From a virus (Duplodnaviria; Caudoviricetes): a stretch of 45,561 bases of DNA. Each line of letters opens with the position of its first letter. Position 1 is the stretch's first letter. Shown here piece after piece: positions 44,288 through 45,561 of the stretch. Location: the IMG/VR virus record IMGVR_UViG_3300002101_000015, positions 1 to 45,561 of that record. One strand, 5' to 3'. The position numbers and the translations under genes were made by a program. The notes under the pieces are model-generated. The model made no database searches. It saw only the letters and a list, made by a program, of their open reading frames with translations, and was not told the origin of the DNA.

Positions 44288-44785
44288 ATGGGGCTATTTG
44301 GAAGTAAAAACAAAGATGGTAGTATTGGAACTAACTTATCCTTTGTAGATGGAATTAGTACATTTTTTAAAGGTGAATCTGTTGAGCTATCTCTTTATGA
44401 GGATGATAATGAAATTAGGATAAGAAGTAGAATAAATAAAAGTAAATCCGTGGTACATCTGAAATTAGATAAAATAATCAGAGCACAATTTATGAGTGAA
44501 AAAGATATAAAAGAAAAATCTAAGAGTGTAGGTGGTAGAGCAATAGCAGGTGGATTAATACTTGGACCTCTTGGTGCAATAATTGGTGGTATGAGTGGTA
44601 TCGGGAGCAAGAAGGAATCTATTACTAAATATTATATAATCATAAATTACAAAAGCAATGATAAAGATAAAGCTTTAAGCTTTGAGGTTGTAGGCGCTTC
44701 TTTAGGATGGGACAAAGTATTAAAAGAAATTAACAAACATCTTATAGGCGAAGAGAATACATTACAGGCAGATATAGAATTATAA
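44288..44785 (+). CDS. Moron-like hypothetical protein with glycine-zipper hydrophobic segment
   Basis: Own TGnTATAAT (44255-44263) and terminator; GRAIAGGLILGPLGAIIGGMSG. Confidence 0.75.
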   Translation: MGLFGSKNKDGSIGTNLSFVDGISTFFKGESVELSLYEDDNEIRIRSRINKSKSVVHLKLDKIIRAQFMSEKDIKEKSKSVGGRAIAGGLILGPLGAIIGGMSGIGSKKESITKYYIIINYKSNDKDKALSFEVVGASLGWDKVLKEINKHLIGEENTLQADIEL

Positions 44786-44791
44786 GATAGT

Positions 44792-44816
44792 AAGCATCCT
44801 AAGTAGGGTGCTTTTT
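44792..44816 (+). terminator. Intrinsic terminator
   Basis: AAGCATCCT-aagt-AGGGTGCTT-TTT. Confidence 0.8.
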
Positions 44817-44848
44817 CTATTCCTAAAAATAAGTAAGGATGTGAGAAT

Positions 44849-45067
44849 ATGCTAAGTATATATACAAGTTATAAGTGCAGGACATGTCATAAAGAGTTTG
44901 TATTACTGAGTGAGGATGTTGAGGCAATGGATAAAGATAGATATTTAACATGTCCTTATTGTAATAGTCAGAGACTTGATAAAGAAAAGGCTGCAGATAG
45001 CGTAAGAGAATGTATGGGGCATGATAGTTATATAAGAACCAATAGAGTTATTAAGCAGAGGAGATGA
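44849..45067 (+). CDS. Zn-ribbon protein
   Basis: YKCRTC..CPYCNS. Confidence 0.7.
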   Translation: MLSIYTSYKCRTCHKEFVLLSEDVEAMDKDRYLTCPYCNSQRLDKEKAADSVRECMGHDSYIRTNRVIKQRR

Positions 45068-45074
45068 ACAAGTA

Positions 45075-45257
45075 GTGAATGAGGACTTAATTAAGATGAG
45101 GGATATCTTTAAAGAGTGTGCTGATATAATAGATGAGATATTAGCCTTAGGGGTAAGAGAAGCAGCAGGTGAAGATGTTAAGAAGGAATCAGAGAGTGTG
45201 TTGGGTAGGTTTGCATATAAGATGATAGAGATGGAAAGTATGCAGTCAGAGAAGTAA
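45075..45257 (+). CDS. Hypothetical protein
   Basis: ORF coupled to the HNH start. Confidence 0.6.
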   Translation: MNEDLIKMRDIFKECADIIDEILALGVREAAGEDVKKESESVLGRFAYKMIEMESMQSEK

Positions 45258-45535
45258 TGGCAAGATACCCAGAGGTATATAAGGATAAGAGATGGAAGCC
45301 GTCGAGAAAGACTGTGATCACGAGGAGTAATGGACTATGTGAACGATGTAATAAAAAAGGAAAGAGAAAGGTTGGCAAGATAGTTCATCATACCATATGG
45401 CTTACTGATGAGAATAAAACTGATTGGAACATTGCATATAACCCTGAGAACCTTGAATATGTTTGTAATGATTGTCACGAGGAAGAACATGACCGGAGTA
45501 TAGGACTTCAAAAGTTTCTAATCCCCCCGGTGTAA
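45257..45535 (+). CDS. Packaging-associated HNH endonuclease (HK97 gp74-like)
   Basis: CERC..VHH..NLEYVCNDCHEEEH; lies upstream of terS on the circular map. Confidence 0.88.
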   Translation: MARYPEVYKDKRWKPSRKTVITRSNGLCERCNKKGKRKVGKIVHHTIWLTDENKTDWNIAYNPENLEYVCNDCHEEEHDRSIGLQKFLIPPV

Positions 45536-45561
45536 CTTTAATTTCAAGGTTTTAAGAGAAC

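Larger units (their letters stand above)
1..45561. mobile_element. Temperate siphovirus genome, apparently complete, in excised/virion arrangement
   Basis: Full module order from terminase small subunit to packaging HNH; intact attP next to the integrase; no host genes. Confidence 0.93.

Noticed and set aside
1-45561. CRISPR array, DGR/reverse transcriptase, IS elements
   Set aside because: No regularly spaced repeats with spacers, no RT motif, no TR/VR pair and no transposase noticed by eye
45520-45561. Exact cos site at the window junction
   Set aside because: HNH-terS synteny suggests cos packaging near here, but the overhang cannot be defined from sequence alone

Overview
The window is an apparently complete ~45.6 kb temperate siphovirus genome from a low-GC spore-forming Firmicute, most likely a Clostridium-type host (inferred). 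It is in excised/virion order, because attP is intact. Gene order: terminase, HK97-type head, tail, lysis, an accessory island (18.9-25.2 kb), attP (3' half of tRNA-Arg CCT) with integrase, a CI/Cro switch, recombination and replication genes, a variable small-gene region with a second tyrosine recombinase, a late activator and a packaging HNH. All product calls come from motifs and synteny; no database search was run. Two candidate undescribed systems stand out. (1) A recurring quasi-palindromic site, CGCAAT-N8-ATNNCG, brackets the variable half of the receptor-binding gene and the accessory gene blocks just upstream of the second recombinase. This suggests recombinase-driven cassette exchange. 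(2) An island encodes ParM/ParR-like proteins, a VirB2-like pilin, a small membrane protein and a VirB4/HerA-type ATPase, but no relaxase. It carries sigH, sigK/E-like and Spo0A-box motifs, and the phage also encodes an unannotated Spo0E-like phosphatase. Several micro-ORFs, antisense sRNA candidates, two SOS boxes and a programmed -1 frameshift are missing from the ORF track.
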